Shown here: positions 32,602-42,629 of the stretch, piece by piece
Layout of the letters: each line of letters starts with the position of its first letter
Position numbering within the stretch: the first letter of the stretch is position 1
From: Clostridiaceae bacterium
Lineage (GTDB): Bacteria > Bacillota > Clostridia > Oscillospirales > Acutalibacteraceae
Assembly: GCA_904501895.1 (NCBI GenBank)
Contig: CAJGCX010000001.1
Location: forward strand, 1 to 43,643
Direction: 5' to 3'
DNA: 43,643 nt
Notes under the pieces: generated by a model
What the model was told of the DNA's origin: nothing
What the model saw: only the letters and a program-made list of their open reading frames with translations
Database searches by the model: none
Position numbers and translations under genes: made by a program

Positions 32602-34365
32602 ATGGCAGAACAAAAAAGAAAAAGTCAGACCCTCCTTAATGGTGCACTCGTATTAAGTATTGCAACTATTATTATTAAGGTAATTGGCGTAATTTACAAA
32701 ATCCCACTTTCCAATATGATTGGTACTGTGGGCAGAGGCTTGTTTGACTCTGCATACAGCCTTTACGTGCCTGTTTACACAGTTGCAATGGCAGGACTTC
32801 CTGTTGCAATTTCAAATATGGTGTCAAAGGCAATGGCATTAGGTCGCTACCGTGATGTTAAGGTAATCCATAAGGTTGCAAAGCGTCTTTTCCTTTTGGT
32901 TGGTATTGTGGGTACTCTTGCAATGTTTATCCTTGCTTACCCTTATGCTTTATCAGCTAAAAATATGGATATTATTCCTGCTGTGCTTATAATTACACCA
33001 TCAATTTTCTTCTGTTGTGTAATGTCAAGCTATCGTGGTTACTATAACGGACTTCGTAATATGACACCAACTGCTATTTCTCAGGTTATTGAAGCAGGTG
33101 GTAAGCTTATTTTCGGACTTGTACTTGCAAAGTGGGCAATCAGCTATGGCCTTTCACGATTTGAGGCAGGACAGACAGTTTTCGGACAGACAGTTGCAAC
33201 TGAAGCAGAGGCTATGAGTGCAATTTACCCTTATGCAGCAGCCGGTGCTACTGCAGGTGTAACCTTCGGTACAGTTATCGGTGTTATTTATCTTGTGATT
33301 CTTCATAAGCTCAAGGGTGACAGAATTACAAAGGCAGAGCTTATTTCTGCACCAAAGCCTGAAAGCTCATCTCTTATTGCAAAGAAAATGTTCCAGTTTG
33401 CAATTCCTGTAGCGCTCAGCTCACTTGTTTTCAGTATTACAAATCTTATTGATGCAATTACTGTTCAGAACAGACTTGAAACAGTTGTTCTCAGCAATTT
33501 ACCTTTAATCAGAGAAATGTATGCAGCTCAATTAGTGGGTGTTCTTGATGCTGACGTTAAGAATTTCCTTTATGGTGCTTATTCTCTTTCTCTTGACTTC
33601 AGAAATCTCATTCCGTCAATTACAATGACACTTGGTATAAGTGCAATTCCTGCACTTTCAGCAGCATGGGCTGTTAAGGATAGAAAGGCAATCAAGGTTT
33701 CAGTTGAATCTGTAATGCGAGTAACAATGCTTGTTGCAATGCCTTGTGGTATCGGTATGGGCGTATTGGCTCAACCGATTTTAGCAGCCTTTTATGGTAG
33801 TGGTGCATCTGCAAGTGGTGTTTCAATCGCAGCGCCTGTGCTTACAGTTTATGGTTTCACAATTTTCTTAATTGCATTGTCACAGCCAATGACAAATATG
33901 CTTCAGGCACTTGACAAAACAAAAATTCCACTTATCTCAATGACAGTTGGTGCACTTGTAAAATTCATTTCAAACCTTATTTTTGTTTCAATTCCAAGCC
34001 TTAATGTTAACGGTGCTGTAATCGGTACAGTAAGCTGTTATGCAGTTATTACAATCATTAACCTTTTTGCAATTCTCAAGACAACAAGAATAAGAATTAA
34101 CTTCATTTCAGTTTTTGTAAAGCCTATTATCTGTGGTGCTCTTTGTGGTGTTGGTGCTTACACATCATACGGACTCTGCAACAGATTTATCCCTGAATTT
34201 TCAATAAAAGACCTTTTCTGTCTTGGAATTTCTATCTGTTTTGGTGGTCTTATTTATGTAATTTCTATGCTTTTGTTCAAAGGAATAGCAAAAGATGACG
34301 TAATTATGCTCCCAAAGGGAGAAAAAATCGCAAAAATACTTGCAAAATTTGGTTTTATAGAGTAG
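32602..34365 (+). CDS. MOP-superfamily polysaccharide/lipid II flippase-like membrane protein (SpoVB/YabM/MurJ-like)
   Basis: About 14 hydrophobic segments. Its position upstream of mazG-hup-S4 mirrors the Bacillus yabM-yabN-yabO order. Confidence 0.75.
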   Translation: MAEQKRKSQTLLNGALVLSIATIIIKVIGVIYKIPLSNMIGTVGRGLFDSAYSLYVPVYTVAMAGLPVAISNMVSKAMALGRYRDVKVIHKVAKRLFLLVGIVGTLAMFILAYPYALSAKNMDIIPAVLIITPSIFFCCVMSSYRGYYNGLRNMTPTAISQVIEAGGKLIFGLVLAKWAISYGLSRFEAGQTVFGQTVATEAEAMSAIYPYAAAGATAGVTFGTVIGVIYLVILHKLKGDRITKAELISAPKPESSSLIAKKMFQFAIPVALSSLVFSITNLIDAITVQNRLETVVLSNLPLIREMYAAQLVGVLDADVKNFLYGAYSLSLDFRNLIPSITMTLGISAIPALSAAWAVKDRKAIKVSVESVMRVTMLVAMPCGIGMGVLAQPILAAFYGSGASASGVSIAAPVLTVYGFTIFLIALSQPMTNMLQALDKTKIPLISMTVGALVKFISNLIFVSIPSLNVNGAVIGTVSCYAVITIINLFAILKTTRIRINFISVFVKPIICGALCGVGAYTSYGLCNRFIPEFSIKDLFCLGISICFGGLIYVISMLLFKGIAKDDVIMLPKGEKIAKILAKFGFIE

Positions 34366-34381
34366 AATAAGAGGTAAGAAA

Positions 34382-35179
34382 ATGATTGATAATTTTCAAT
34401 TCAAAGAAAAATACAACGTATCTGACTTGATTGATATTGTTGAAATTCTTCGCTCTCCTGAGGGTTGTCCTTGGGATAGGGAGCAGGACCACAAATCAAT
34501 CCGTCGTGATTTCCTTGAAGAAACTTATGAGGTTATTGAGGCAATCAATAAGGATGATAAGGACTTGCTTTTAGAAGAACTTGGTGACGTTTTGTTACAG
34601 GTTGTTTTTCATACTCAGATTGAGCGTGAAAAGGGCACATTTGAATTGTCTGATGTTGCTGACGGAATTTGCAAAAAAATGATTGAGCGCCATCCTCACG
34701 TTTTCGGTGATGTTAATGCCACTACAAGTGAGCAGGTGCTTGAAAATTGGGATGTAATCAAGAAACGTACAAAACAGCAAAAGAGTCAGACTGAATCAAT
34801 GCTTTCAATACCTCGTGAATTCCCTGCACTTATGCGTGCTGATAAGGTTCAGAAAAAGGCTTCTAAGGTGGGCTTTGACTGGGATAGTGCTGACGGTGCT
34901 TTCCAGAAGGTTAGTGAAGAGCTTAAAGAGCTTCAGGAGGCTTATGTAGAGGGAAATCAGGAGCATATCCATGAGGAATTAGGTGACCTGCTTTTCTCTG
35001 TAGTCAATGTTTCACGCTTTGTGAAGGTTGATAGCGAAGAAGCACTTACAAACTCAACTGATAAGTTCATTGACCGCTTCAGCAAGGTTGAAAAAATGGC
35101 TGATGAGCAGGGTATGGATATGAAAAATACAGACTTGGACACATTGGACAAGCTTTGGGATTTGGCTAAAAAGGGATAA
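34382..35179 (+). CDS. mazG: Nucleoside triphosphate pyrophosphohydrolase MazG (tandem MazG domains)
   Basis: Two EExxE/ELGD motifs are present: EETYEVIEAI...ELGDVLLQV and EELGDLLFSVVN. Confidence 0.88.
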   Translation: MIDNFQFKEKYNVSDLIDIVEILRSPEGCPWDREQDHKSIRRDFLEETYEVIEAINKDDKDLLLEELGDVLLQVVFHTQIEREKGTFELSDVADGICKKMIERHPHVFGDVNATTSEQVLENWDVIKKRTKQQKSQTESMLSIPREFPALMRADKVQKKASKVGFDWDSADGAFQKVSEELKELQEAYVEGNQEHIHEELGDLLFSVVNVSRFVKVDSEEALTNSTDKFIDRFSKVEKMADEQGMDMKNTDLDTLDKLWDLAKKG

Positions 35180-35223
35180 CCTTTTTAAATAAAAAAGACA
35201 AATTTTTTTGGAGGAATACAAAA

Positions 35224-35496
35224 ATGAATAAGACAGAACTCGTAGCAGCAGTAGCTGCAAAAGCAGGCATTTCAAAGAAGGACGCAGACGCAGCAGTAGC
35301 AGCAGTTTTCGCATCAGTTACAGACGCTCTTGCAAACGGTGATAAGGTTCAGCTTATCGGCTTCGGTACATTCGAAGTTAGAGCACGTTCAGAAAAGACA
35401 GCTCGTAACCCAAGAACAGGCGAAACAATGACAGTTCCTGCAACAAAGGTTCCTGCATTCAAGGCTGGCGCAGCACTCAAAGCAGCTGTTAAATAA
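35224..35496 (+). CDS. hup: DNA-binding protein HU
   Basis: MNKTELVAAVA...GDKVQLIGFGTFEVRARSEKTARNPRTGE is the canonical HU signature. Confidence 0.93.
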   Translation: MNKTELVAAVAAKAGISKKDADAAVAAVFASVTDALANGDKVQLIGFGTFEVRARSEKTARNPRTGETMTVPATKVPAFKAGAALKAAVK

Positions 35497-35516
35497 TTAA
35501 CTTTTGCAAAAAAATG

Positions 35517-35549
35517 GGGAGTCGGGATATTTCGACTCCCTTGTTTTTT
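35517..35549 (+). terminator. Rho-independent terminator after hup
   Basis: Stem GGGAGTCG / CGACTCCC followed by TTGTTTTTT. Confidence 0.75.
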
Positions 35550-35603
35550 ATTTAATATTCGTAGGGGTCGGCGTCCTCGACGACCCGAAAAAGGGAATGT
35601 ATT

Positions 35604-35846
35604 ATGCGATTAGACAAATATTTAAAGGTTTCAAGAATTATCAAAAGACGAACAGTTGCCAATGAGGTTTGCGATGCAGGTCATGTAAGCGTTGCCGGCA
35701 GAGTTGTAAAAGCATCCTATGATGTAAAAGAAGGCGATATCCTCGAAATTCAATTTGGTGAAAAAATCACAAAATATAAGGTGTTAAATGTTACTGAACA
35801 CGCTACAAAGCAGTCAGCAAGTGAAATGTATGAAATGATAAAATAG
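35604..35846 (+). CDS. S4-domain RNA-binding protein (YabO/HslR-like)
   Basis: MRLDKYLKVSRIIKRRTVANEV is an S4 signature. The protein is 80 aa. Confidence 0.8.
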   Translation: MRLDKYLKVSRIIKRRTVANEVCDAGHVSVAGRVVKASYDVKEGDILEIQFGEKITKYKVLNVTEHATKQSASEMYEMIK

Positions 35847-35935
35847 TTTTTATTTTTATCCAATACTTACCGCTTGATATAATAAGGGTATTTGTATATA
35901 CTTATTTTATAAAGTAAAAACAAAAGGAAAATCAG

Positions 35936-36475
35936 ATGGTAAATAAAAAAATCTATGTGCTAATGACTCGTTATCCTGGTCGTGATGCGAAATTTTTAAG
36001 CTGGTACACACGCTTTCCATATACTCATACATCCATAGGCTTTGAAGATGATATGGATACATTTTATACCTTTGTCAGCAAGGGCTTTTTCATTGAAAGT
36101 ATAAGAAAATATGAAAAACCTGGTAGGGAGTCATTCCCTTGTGCATTGTATGAAATCACAGTACCTGAAAAGACATATTATAATGTAAAAAGACTTGTGT
36201 TGTCTTATAAAGCAAGGAAAGAAAAGCTGAAATATTCAACACTTGGGCTTGTGTGCTGCTTCTTTAAAATTCCATTGAGAAGAAAGAATAAATACTTCTG
36301 TTCACATTTTGTTGCAGAGGTATTACAGCAAAGCAAAATTTTGCGACTAAAAAAGAAAAGTACCCTGTATTTCCCAAAGGATATATCAAAGCACAAGGAA
36401 TTAAAGCTTATTTACGTTGGCAACCATTTAAGCTTTGTGGAAAGCTTTGTTAATAAACAGAATAAAAATAATTAA
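35936..36475 (+). CDS. Hypothetical protein, possibly a permuted papain-like (YiiX/NlpC-P60-type) fold
   Basis: The 179-aa ORF has His (YTHTSIGF) preceding Cys (YFCSHFVAEVL), as in permuted papain-like enzymes. This is a weak call made by eye. Confidence 0.4.
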   Translation: MVNKKIYVLMTRYPGRDAKFLSWYTRFPYTHTSIGFEDDMDTFYTFVSKGFFIESIRKYEKPGRESFPCALYEITVPEKTYYNVKRLVLSYKARKEKLKYSTLGLVCCFFKIPLRRKNKYFCSHFVAEVLQQSKILRLKKKSTLYFPKDISKHKELKLIYVGNHLSFVESFVNKQNKNN

Positions 36476-36499
36476 GGACACCTCATACGAAGTGTCCTT
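36474..36499. terminator. Bidirectional terminator hairpin
   Basis: Stem AAGGACAC / GTGTCCTT between convergent genes, with T-rich sequence to the right. Confidence 0.5.
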
Positions 36500-36511
36500 A
36501 TAATTTTGTTT

Positions 36512-36955
36512 TTATTTCGTTCCTGTTGAGCCAAATCCACCGGCACCTCTGTCAGTTTCATCAAGGTCATTAACCTCAACAATTTCAGGTAATTCAACAG
36601 GGCTTATTACCATCTGTGCAATTCTCTCAAATGGCTCAATTGTGTATTCAGGGTCGGTCTGCTTTATAACTCCAACGCAGATTTCACCACGATAATCACT
36701 ATCAATAACACCGACAGAATTAAGAAGTCCTATACCGTGCTTAATAGCAAGGCCACTTCTCGCATAAATAAATGCTGCGTAATGTGGGTCATCGAGTCCA
36801 ATCGCAATTCCCGTAGGGATTATTGCCTTATCACCCTTTTTAAGTGTGATAGGCTCATCAATACAAGCGTATAAGTCAAGACCTGCACTTCCCACAGTAC
36901 CTCTTGTTGGAAGTTTTGCATTTTCTCTAACCTTTTTTATTTTTAAAGTATCCAT
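36512..36955 (-). CDS. dut: dUTP diphosphatase
   Basis: The dUTPase motifs are present: GSAGLDLYA, GVIDSDYRGE and RGAGGFGSTG. Confidence 0.92.
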   Translation of the reverse strand: MDTLKIKKVRENAKLPTRGTVGSAGLDLYACIDEPITLKKGDKAIIPTGIAIGLDDPHYAAFIYARSGLAIKHGIGLLNSVGVIDSDYRGEICVGVIKQTDPEYTIEPFERIAQMVISPVELPEIVEVNDLDETDRGAGGFGSTGTK

Positions 36956-38982
36956 TATTCAACACCTCTGTATAAAAGTCCTCGGGTAAATTCACCTGTG
37001 GGCTTTTCTTCGTTATAATAGCAATTCATAATTTCCATAACCTGGCTTTTGCTTTCAGTTGTGAAATTGAAGAAGAATATATCACATTCAGGAATTTCAC
37101 CCATTCTTTCAGCCATGTAAATAGGTCGTGAATTAAGAATTTCGCTGTATCCCATCTGACATCTTATAGGGAAGCTGATTCCCTTTCTGTCAGTAATTTC
37201 ACTCTGTCGTTTACACTCTGCACAGGTCTTGCCATTTTTCACAGGACAATTTCGTGTGAGCATAAGTGGGATTTTACCATAAGCAGTAATTCCCTTTTCC
37301 ACAGGAGCAGACATCTTTCTGAAATTCTCAACTGTACATTCGTTTGATACAATGACTTCACTGATTCTTAAAGCCTTCACAACATCCATTGAAAGTGAGT
37401 TGAAAATGTTAAGAGAAGGTGAAGCCACAATCTTTTTCTTGCACTTTTTAGCAATAGTAACAGCATCAAGTGTGTGACAAAGACAAATTTCAGCAGAAGA
37501 GCGTGAAAGAAGCTTTTCTACTCTTTCACCATTTCCGAACATTCCGTGAGGAAGCTCAACACCGTAATTTTTGTCCTTAATAATTTTATCATCAGTACCA
37601 AGTGGCACAAAAATCAAATCTGCATCAATGTTTTCAGGAATCTGTTCAACATTATCAAATCTGCAGTAATACTTTCTTTGATTTTCTGATTTTATATTTG
37701 TAGGAATAGGTGGTGGACAAAGCTTTCTTTCATTTTTCGCAGAAATAAGAGTTGTAAGCTGTTCAAGTACACCTCTACGCATCTGATTAAGCGCAGAAAC
37801 AGGAAGTGAATAATCAACATCACCGCTGATTTCGATTTTCCCTGCATTGAATTGTGTGCCACCACATTTACCGAGTGCGTCCTGAATTCTCTCAACTGCA
37901 ATCGGTCTGTTAATCGGTGCTTCGCAGAGCATTTCACTTTCTGCACTTGCAGTATGATTCTGACAGTTTGCAACAAGCTTTGCCTTTTCACCGATTTTTC
38001 CGCTGAATGTGAAATCAACAGTAAATCTTGCCTGCTCCTTTTCATAAACAGAAGCATATTTATTGAAAAGCTCCTTTGTTGCAGACTGCACATTTTCCTT
38101 TTCACGGTAGCCGAACATATCTCTGCCCAATTCATTTTCATAATATCCGTCAGTAAACCCTGAACGGGAAAATAAATCAGCCAAATCCTTTCTCACAAGG
38201 GAGGTGTACTCATCATTAATTGACTTTTTACAAGCAGAAACAACAGCACTTACATATTCAGGTCGTTTCATTCTACCTTCAATTTTAAACGAGCAGACAC
38301 CCATTTCTGAAAGCTCAGGAATATGCTCAATAATCGATAAATCCTTAAGGCTTAAATCGTGTCCTGTGCCCTTTGCTACTTTAAAAGGTAATCTGCAAGG
38401 CTGTGCACAAAGTCCTCTGTTACCACTTCGTGAGCCAAGTACAGCACTCATAAGGCATTGACCTGAAACACACATACAGAGTGCACCGTGAACGAACACC
38501 TCAAGGTCAATAGGGGAGTGCTCACAAAGGCATTTAATTTCCTCATAGCTTAATTCTCTCGGCAAAACTGCTCTTGTAAAGCCAAGGCTTTTAAGCTCAT
38601 AAAGACCCTCAAGAGTACCAACACTCATTTGTGTTGAAGCGTGCATTTCCATATCAGGACAAACGGTTTTAATTATTTTAGCAAGTCCTAAATCCTGAAC
38701 AATAACTGCATCTGCACCAATACTGCAAATGTGCTTAACAGCCTCAACAGCATCTTTTATTTCTGTATCCTTAATAAGGGTGTTAAGAGTAATATGTACC
38801 TTAACACCCCTACTATGACAGTATTCAATTGCTTCCTTTGCTTCCTCGTCAGTAAAATTCTGCGCATTTCTGCGAGCATTAAAATTGCCTAATCCAAAAT
38901 AAACTGCATCTGCACCTGAAAGCACAGCAGCCCTTAAGGTTTCAACGCTACCAACGGGAGCCAATATTTCTGTCTTATTCAT
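36955..38982 (-). CDS. U32-family peptidase-like protein
   Basis: U32 signature EVFVHGALCMCVSGQCLMS plus EGRMKRPEY. The start is taken at MNKTEIL (38982), overlapping the end of zapA. Confidence 0.88.
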   Translation of the reverse strand: MNKTEILAPVGSVETLRAAVLSGADAVYFGLGNFNARRNAQNFTDEEAKEAIEYCHSRGVKVHITLNTLIKDTEIKDAVEAVKHICSIGADAVIVQDLGLAKIIKTVCPDMEMHASTQMSVGTLEGLYELKSLGFTRAVLPRELSYEEIKCLCEHSPIDLEVFVHGALCMCVSGQCLMSAVLGSRSGNRGLCAQPCRLPFKVAKGTGHDLSLKDLSIIEHIPELSEMGVCSFKIEGRMKRPEYVSAVVSACKKSINDEYTSLVRKDLADLFSRSGFTDGYYENELGRDMFGYREKENVQSATKELFNKYASVYEKEQARFTVDFTFSGKIGEKAKLVANCQNHTASAESEMLCEAPINRPIAVERIQDALGKCGGTQFNAGKIEISGDVDYSLPVSALNQMRRGVLEQLTTLISAKNERKLCPPPIPTNIKSENQRKYYCRFDNVEQIPENIDADLIFVPLGTDDKIIKDKNYGVELPHGMFGNGERVEKLLSRSSAEICLCHTLDAVTIAKKCKKKIVASPSLNIFNSLSMDVVKALRISEVIVSNECTVENFRKMSAPVEKGITAYGKIPLMLTRNCPVKNGKTCAECKRQSEITDRKGISFPIRCQMGYSEILNSRPIYMAERMGEIPECDIFFFNFTTESKSQVMEIMNCYYNEEKPTGEFTRGLLYRGVE

Positions 38983-39343
38983 CCTTATTAGCCTTCGCAA
39001 AAAGATTTATCTGGTCATCCTTGAATTTTGACTCTGTCTTGATTCTTTCAAGCTCACGCTTGTAGTAATCTCTGTCAGATTTAGCCTTTGAAGCGTCTTC
39101 AAGGTATCCTTTCATCTGAGCCTTCAATGAGTCAACCTCATCAAGAGTCTTTGAAAGAGCGTCAGCCATTTCAAGCGCCACCAAAACAGTAGCCTGATTT
39201 ACAGAAAGACGAAGACCGCTGTCAAGAAGGTCAGAAAGACGCTGGTCAATCTTCTTGCCAAGACCCTCAGTGTATTCAGCACTTTCATCAGTGTTGATGT
39301 AGTAGCTTACGCCACGGATAACAAGTTTAACTTTATTATTCAT
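38975..39343 (-). CDS. zapA: Cell division protein ZapA
   Basis: The 122-aa protein has the N-terminus KVKLVIRGVSYYINTDES and a coiled-coil C-terminus, which is the typical ZapA layout. Confidence 0.75.
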   Translation of the reverse strand: MNNKVKLVIRGVSYYINTDESAEYTEGLGKKIDQRLSDLLDSGLRLSVNQATVLVALEMADALSKTLDEVDSLKAQMKGYLEDASKAKSDRDYYKRELERIKTESKFKDDQINLFAKANKDE

Positions 39344-39411
39344 TCACTTTTACACCCCGATACAATAAAATTGCATACTTTTTATTATTGTATCACATAT
39401 TATCAAGCTTT

Positions 39412-39687
39412 TCAAGATTTAAAAAGTGAGTTAAAAGCACTCTCTTTTTGACGATTACAGCATTGCTTTGGCAATTCCATATCCACAAGGATTATATCGT
39501 CACCAATGACCTTAATATCATTCCAACATATCTTTATATCGTCACATCTACCCATAAGCCCAAGCATTTTCCCTTTTCCGAAAATAATAAGAGAAATAAT
39601 ATTGCCTGAGCAGGTGTCGAATTCTACATCACAAACAGCACCTAATCTGCAACCGTCTCTTAAATTAATAACTTCCTTTTCACGCAT
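39412..39687 (-). CDS. ylmC: YlmC/YmxH-family sporulation protein (PRC-barrel)
   Basis: MREKEVINLRDGCRLGAVCDVEFDTCSGNIISLII is the typical family signature. Confidence 0.8.
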   Translation of the reverse strand: MREKEVINLRDGCRLGAVCDVEFDTCSGNIISLIIFGKGKMLGLMGRCDDIKICWNDIKVIGDDIILVDMELPKQCCNRQKESAFNSLFKS

Positions 39688-39751
39688 ATCAGTTACGAAA
39701 CAATTCAAAAAACCACCTCATATCATAATATGCATTTATAACACAACATTT

Positions 39752-40531
39752 TCAGAATTCCTTAATTTTCTTTATTGCACCTTTCTCGAGTCTGCTGACC
39801 TGTGCCTGACTTATACCAACCTCACGTGCTACCTCCATTTGTGTTTTACCCTGCATAAAACGGAGATTTAAAATCTGCTTTTCACGACTCCCAAGCTCGT
39901 TTATTGCATCCTTAACTGCAATTTCAAAAAGCCAATCCTCATCACTTTCAGCACCACCAACCTGGTCCATAACAAAAATTGTGTCACCACCGTCAGAATA
40001 TACAGGCTCATAAAGTGAAATAGGGTCAACAATAGCCTCCATTGCAATAATCACATTTACAGGCTCAACTTCCATTTCCTTTGCAATTTCCTCAATGGTG
40101 GCATCTCTACCAAGAGTATTCTGGATTCTCTCCTTAATCTGCATAGCATGATATGCAGTATCACGAAGTGAACGACTGACTCTTATTGTGTTGTAATCTC
40201 TTAAATACCTCCTGATTTCACCGATAATCATTGGCACAGCATAGGTTGAAAAGCGTACCTCGTGAGAAATATCGAAATTATCGATTGCCTTGATTAAACC
40301 GATACAACCAACCTGAAATAAATCGTCAGGATTTTCACCACGATTTGAAAAACGTTGAACAACGGACAACACAAGACGAAGATTTCCCTCAATCAGCTTC
40401 TGACGAGCTTTTTTATCGTCATTTTCTTTGATTTTCTTAAGTAATTCTACCTTTTCTGCTTCTTTTAAAACCTTGATTTTTGATGTGTCAACGCCACAAA
40501 TTTCAACTCTGCTGTACTGCACATAAATCAT
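39752..40531 (-). CDS. sigG: Sporulation sigma factor SigG (forespore)
   Basis: From memory it is near-colinear with B. subtilis SigG: VEICGVDTSK, GNLRLVLSVVQRF, DDLFQVGCIGL, FSTYAVPMIIGEIRRYLRD, TQMEVAREVGISQAQVSRLEK. The true start may be GTG 40522, which has better RBS spacing. Confidence 0.88.
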   Translation of the reverse strand: MIYVQYSRVEICGVDTSKIKVLKEAEKVELLKKIKENDDKKARQKLIEGNLRLVLSVVQRFSNRGENPDDLFQVGCIGLIKAIDNFDISHEVRFSTYAVPMIIGEIRRYLRDYNTIRVSRSLRDTAYHAMQIKERIQNTLGRDATIEEIAKEMEVEPVNVIIAMEAIVDPISLYEPVYSDGGDTIFVMDQVGGAESDEDWLFEIAVKDAINELGSREKQILNLRFMQGKTQMEVAREVGISQAQVSRLEKGAIKKIKEF

Positions 40532-40590
40532 CCTTTACTTTTGATATGTACAGATTTATTATGAACAGAAAATTGATAATTTATGATGGC

Positions 40591-40623
40591 AAAAAATAAA
40601 CAGCCGCAAGAAAGCGACTGTTT
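40591..40623 (-). terminator. Rho-independent terminator of the TRAP operon
   Basis: Stem AAACAGCCGC / GCGACTGTTT (one mismatch), followed on the minus strand by TTATTTTTT. Confidence 0.6.
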
Positions 40624-40655
40624 AAAATCGTGTTATAGTGATTTAATTAATTAAT

Positions 40656-42626
40656 CTATACCGTATGTTCCTTTTTATTGCCGATTTTCTGAATGATAAA
40701 TACCACAACAATAAGTGCAAGACCGACAGCATCTGTTACAATACCAGGGATAACCATACAAAGACCACCTACGAGAGCGAGGATTCTCTCAAACCATGAC
40801 ATCTTTTTGTACATATATCCTTCCATACCGGCAGAGATAATGTAGATACCACAAAGTGCTGTAACGCAAAGAAGCACGATTTCGTACCAAGGCTTATCAG
40901 AACCGATAATGAGCATTTCAGGGCTGAAAGCGAAGATATAAGGAACAATAAATGCTGTAATAGCAAGTCTTGTAGCAGTAACACCTGTTTTCATAGGATT
41001 TGATTTTGCGATAGCTGAGCCTGCATACGCTGCAAGAGCAACAGGAGGAGTAATGTCAGCAACAATACCGAAATAGAATACGAACATGTGTGCTGCAAGA
41101 ACAGGAAGCTCAAGGCTACGCATAAGAATAGGTGCAACCATTGATGCCATAATAACATAGTTAGCAGTTGTAGGAACACCCATACCAAGAACGATACACA
41201 TAATCATTGTAAGGAGTAATGCGAGGATTGGATGGATACCTGCTGCTGACTGTACAAGTGCTGAAAGAACGTTTGCAAGACCTGTCTGCTGAACCATTGC
41301 AGAAATACATCCTGCAACTGCACAAGCAAGTGCAACGCCGATAGCATTTTTAGTACCGTTTGCAAGTGACTGAATGTAAAGAGAAATATCAAATTCGAAA
41401 TTTTTATGAGCAATTGACTTAACAATGCTTTCAATAAGCTTAACACCGATTGCAACGAAGATAGCGAAAATCGCAGCCTTCGCAGGTGAGAAGTGATTCA
41501 TTGCAACAACGAGCGCAACAACAGGGAGAAGGAGATATCCCTTTGTTAAAAGGAGCTTGAAGAAATTAGGAATTGATTCCTTTGGAAGTCCCTTAAGACC
41601 GAGCTTCTTTGCTTCAAAGTGAATCATCATAAAGATACCTGTGAAGTAAAGAACGGCAGGAAGAATTGCAGCAATAGCAATCTGTGCATAAGGAAGTCCT
41701 GTATATTCTGTCATAAGGAATGCAGCAGCACCCATAATAGGTGGCATAATCTGACCACCTGTTGAAGCAGCAGCCTCAACTGCAGCAGCAAATTCAGGCT
41801 TATATCCGCAACGTTTCATTGTAGGAATGGTAACTGAACCACTACCAACAGTGTTAGCAACAGAAGAACCTGAATACATACCTTCCATAGCACTTGAAAT
41901 AACAGCAACCTTTGCAGGACCACCGATTGATTTACCTGCGATTGAGTTAGCAAGGTCAACGAAGAATGCGCCGATTCCTGATTGCTCAAGGAATGATGCA
42001 AAAATAATGAAAAGAACAATGAATGATGCACAAACATTAAGTGGAGTACCTGCAATACCTTCTGTTGTATAGAAAAGCTTATACATAATGATTCTTAAAG
42101 GACTACGGGTAACAACAAAGAATGCGTATGCAATAAATATCGCTGAAACACATACGATAGGTAAACCGACAACTCTTCTGCATGCTTCAAATAAGAGAAG
42201 TGTACCTACAATTGCAATAGCAATATCAACTTCATTGATTCTTGATGCTCTGTCAACAATTGCCTGACAGTTAATAGCATAATAGAAGAATGCACCGCCA
42301 CCTAATGCTGCAAAAATCCAGTCATAAAATGGTACATGGTTTGCTCTCTTCTTTTCTTTTTTGTGGCTTGGGAAGATAATAAAGGCAAATATAACGATAA
42401 TACCGATAAACCATGCCATTTTCTGTCTTTCTTCCATTGTTCCTGTCCAACCATCGAACATAACATAAAGAGAGAAAAGCACCATAAGGCCCTTGATTAT
42501 CTTCTGGAAGATGCCTGTGAAGTGACGTGTGTTTGATTCCTTGTCGAATTCAGCCATAATCTTATCAACGTCAACAACTTCTTCGTCAGCTTCCATTGTA
42601 ATAGGTTTTGTGTTTAAATCTGACAT
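40656..42626 (-). CDS. TRAP transporter fused permease (TAXI-type, DctQ-DctM fusion)
   Basis: The 656-aa polytopic membrane protein follows DUF1850 and a TAXI receptor gene in a conserved operon order. Confidence 0.88.
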   Translation of the reverse strand: MSDLNTKPITMEADEEVVDVDKIMAEFDKESNTRHFTGIFQKIIKGLMVLFSLYVMFDGWTGTMEERQKMAWFIGIIVIFAFIIFPSHKKEKKRANHVPFYDWIFAALGGGAFFYYAINCQAIVDRASRINEVDIAIAIVGTLLLFEACRRVVGLPIVCVSAIFIAYAFFVVTRSPLRIIMYKLFYTTEGIAGTPLNVCASFIVLFIIFASFLEQSGIGAFFVDLANSIAGKSIGGPAKVAVISSAMEGMYSGSSVANTVGSGSVTIPTMKRCGYKPEFAAAVEAAASTGGQIMPPIMGAAAFLMTEYTGLPYAQIAIAAILPAVLYFTGIFMMIHFEAKKLGLKGLPKESIPNFFKLLLTKGYLLLPVVALVVAMNHFSPAKAAIFAIFVAIGVKLIESIVKSIAHKNFEFDISLYIQSLANGTKNAIGVALACAVAGCISAMVQQTGLANVLSALVQSAAGIHPILALLLTMIMCIVLGMGVPTTANYVIMASMVAPILMRSLELPVLAAHMFVFYFGIVADITPPVALAAYAGSAIAKSNPMKTGVTATRLAITAFIVPYIFAFSPEMLIIGSDKPWYEIVLLCVTALCGIYIISAGMEGYMYKKMSWFERILALVGGLCMVIPGIVTDAVGLALIVVVFIIQKIGNKKEHTV

Positions 42627-42629
42627 TAA

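Noticed and set aside
37692-38461. ORFs 37692..38141 (-), 37852..38163 (+) and 38204..38461 (+) within the U32 peptidase gene.
   Set aside because: They are alternative-frame or antisense ORFs inside a 681-aa gene that carries the U32 signature. They are not independent genes.
39752-40600. An attempt to identify a sigma-F/sigma-G type promoter upstream of sigG.
   Set aside because: Candidate strings (TCATA ... CATATCA) match the consensus I remember only loosely. I cannot support the call without a scoring matrix.
40769-42536. Several 60-85-aa ORFs on both strands within the TRAP permease gene.
   Set aside because: They have the Leu/Gln-rich off-frame translations typical of shadows in membrane-protein genes.
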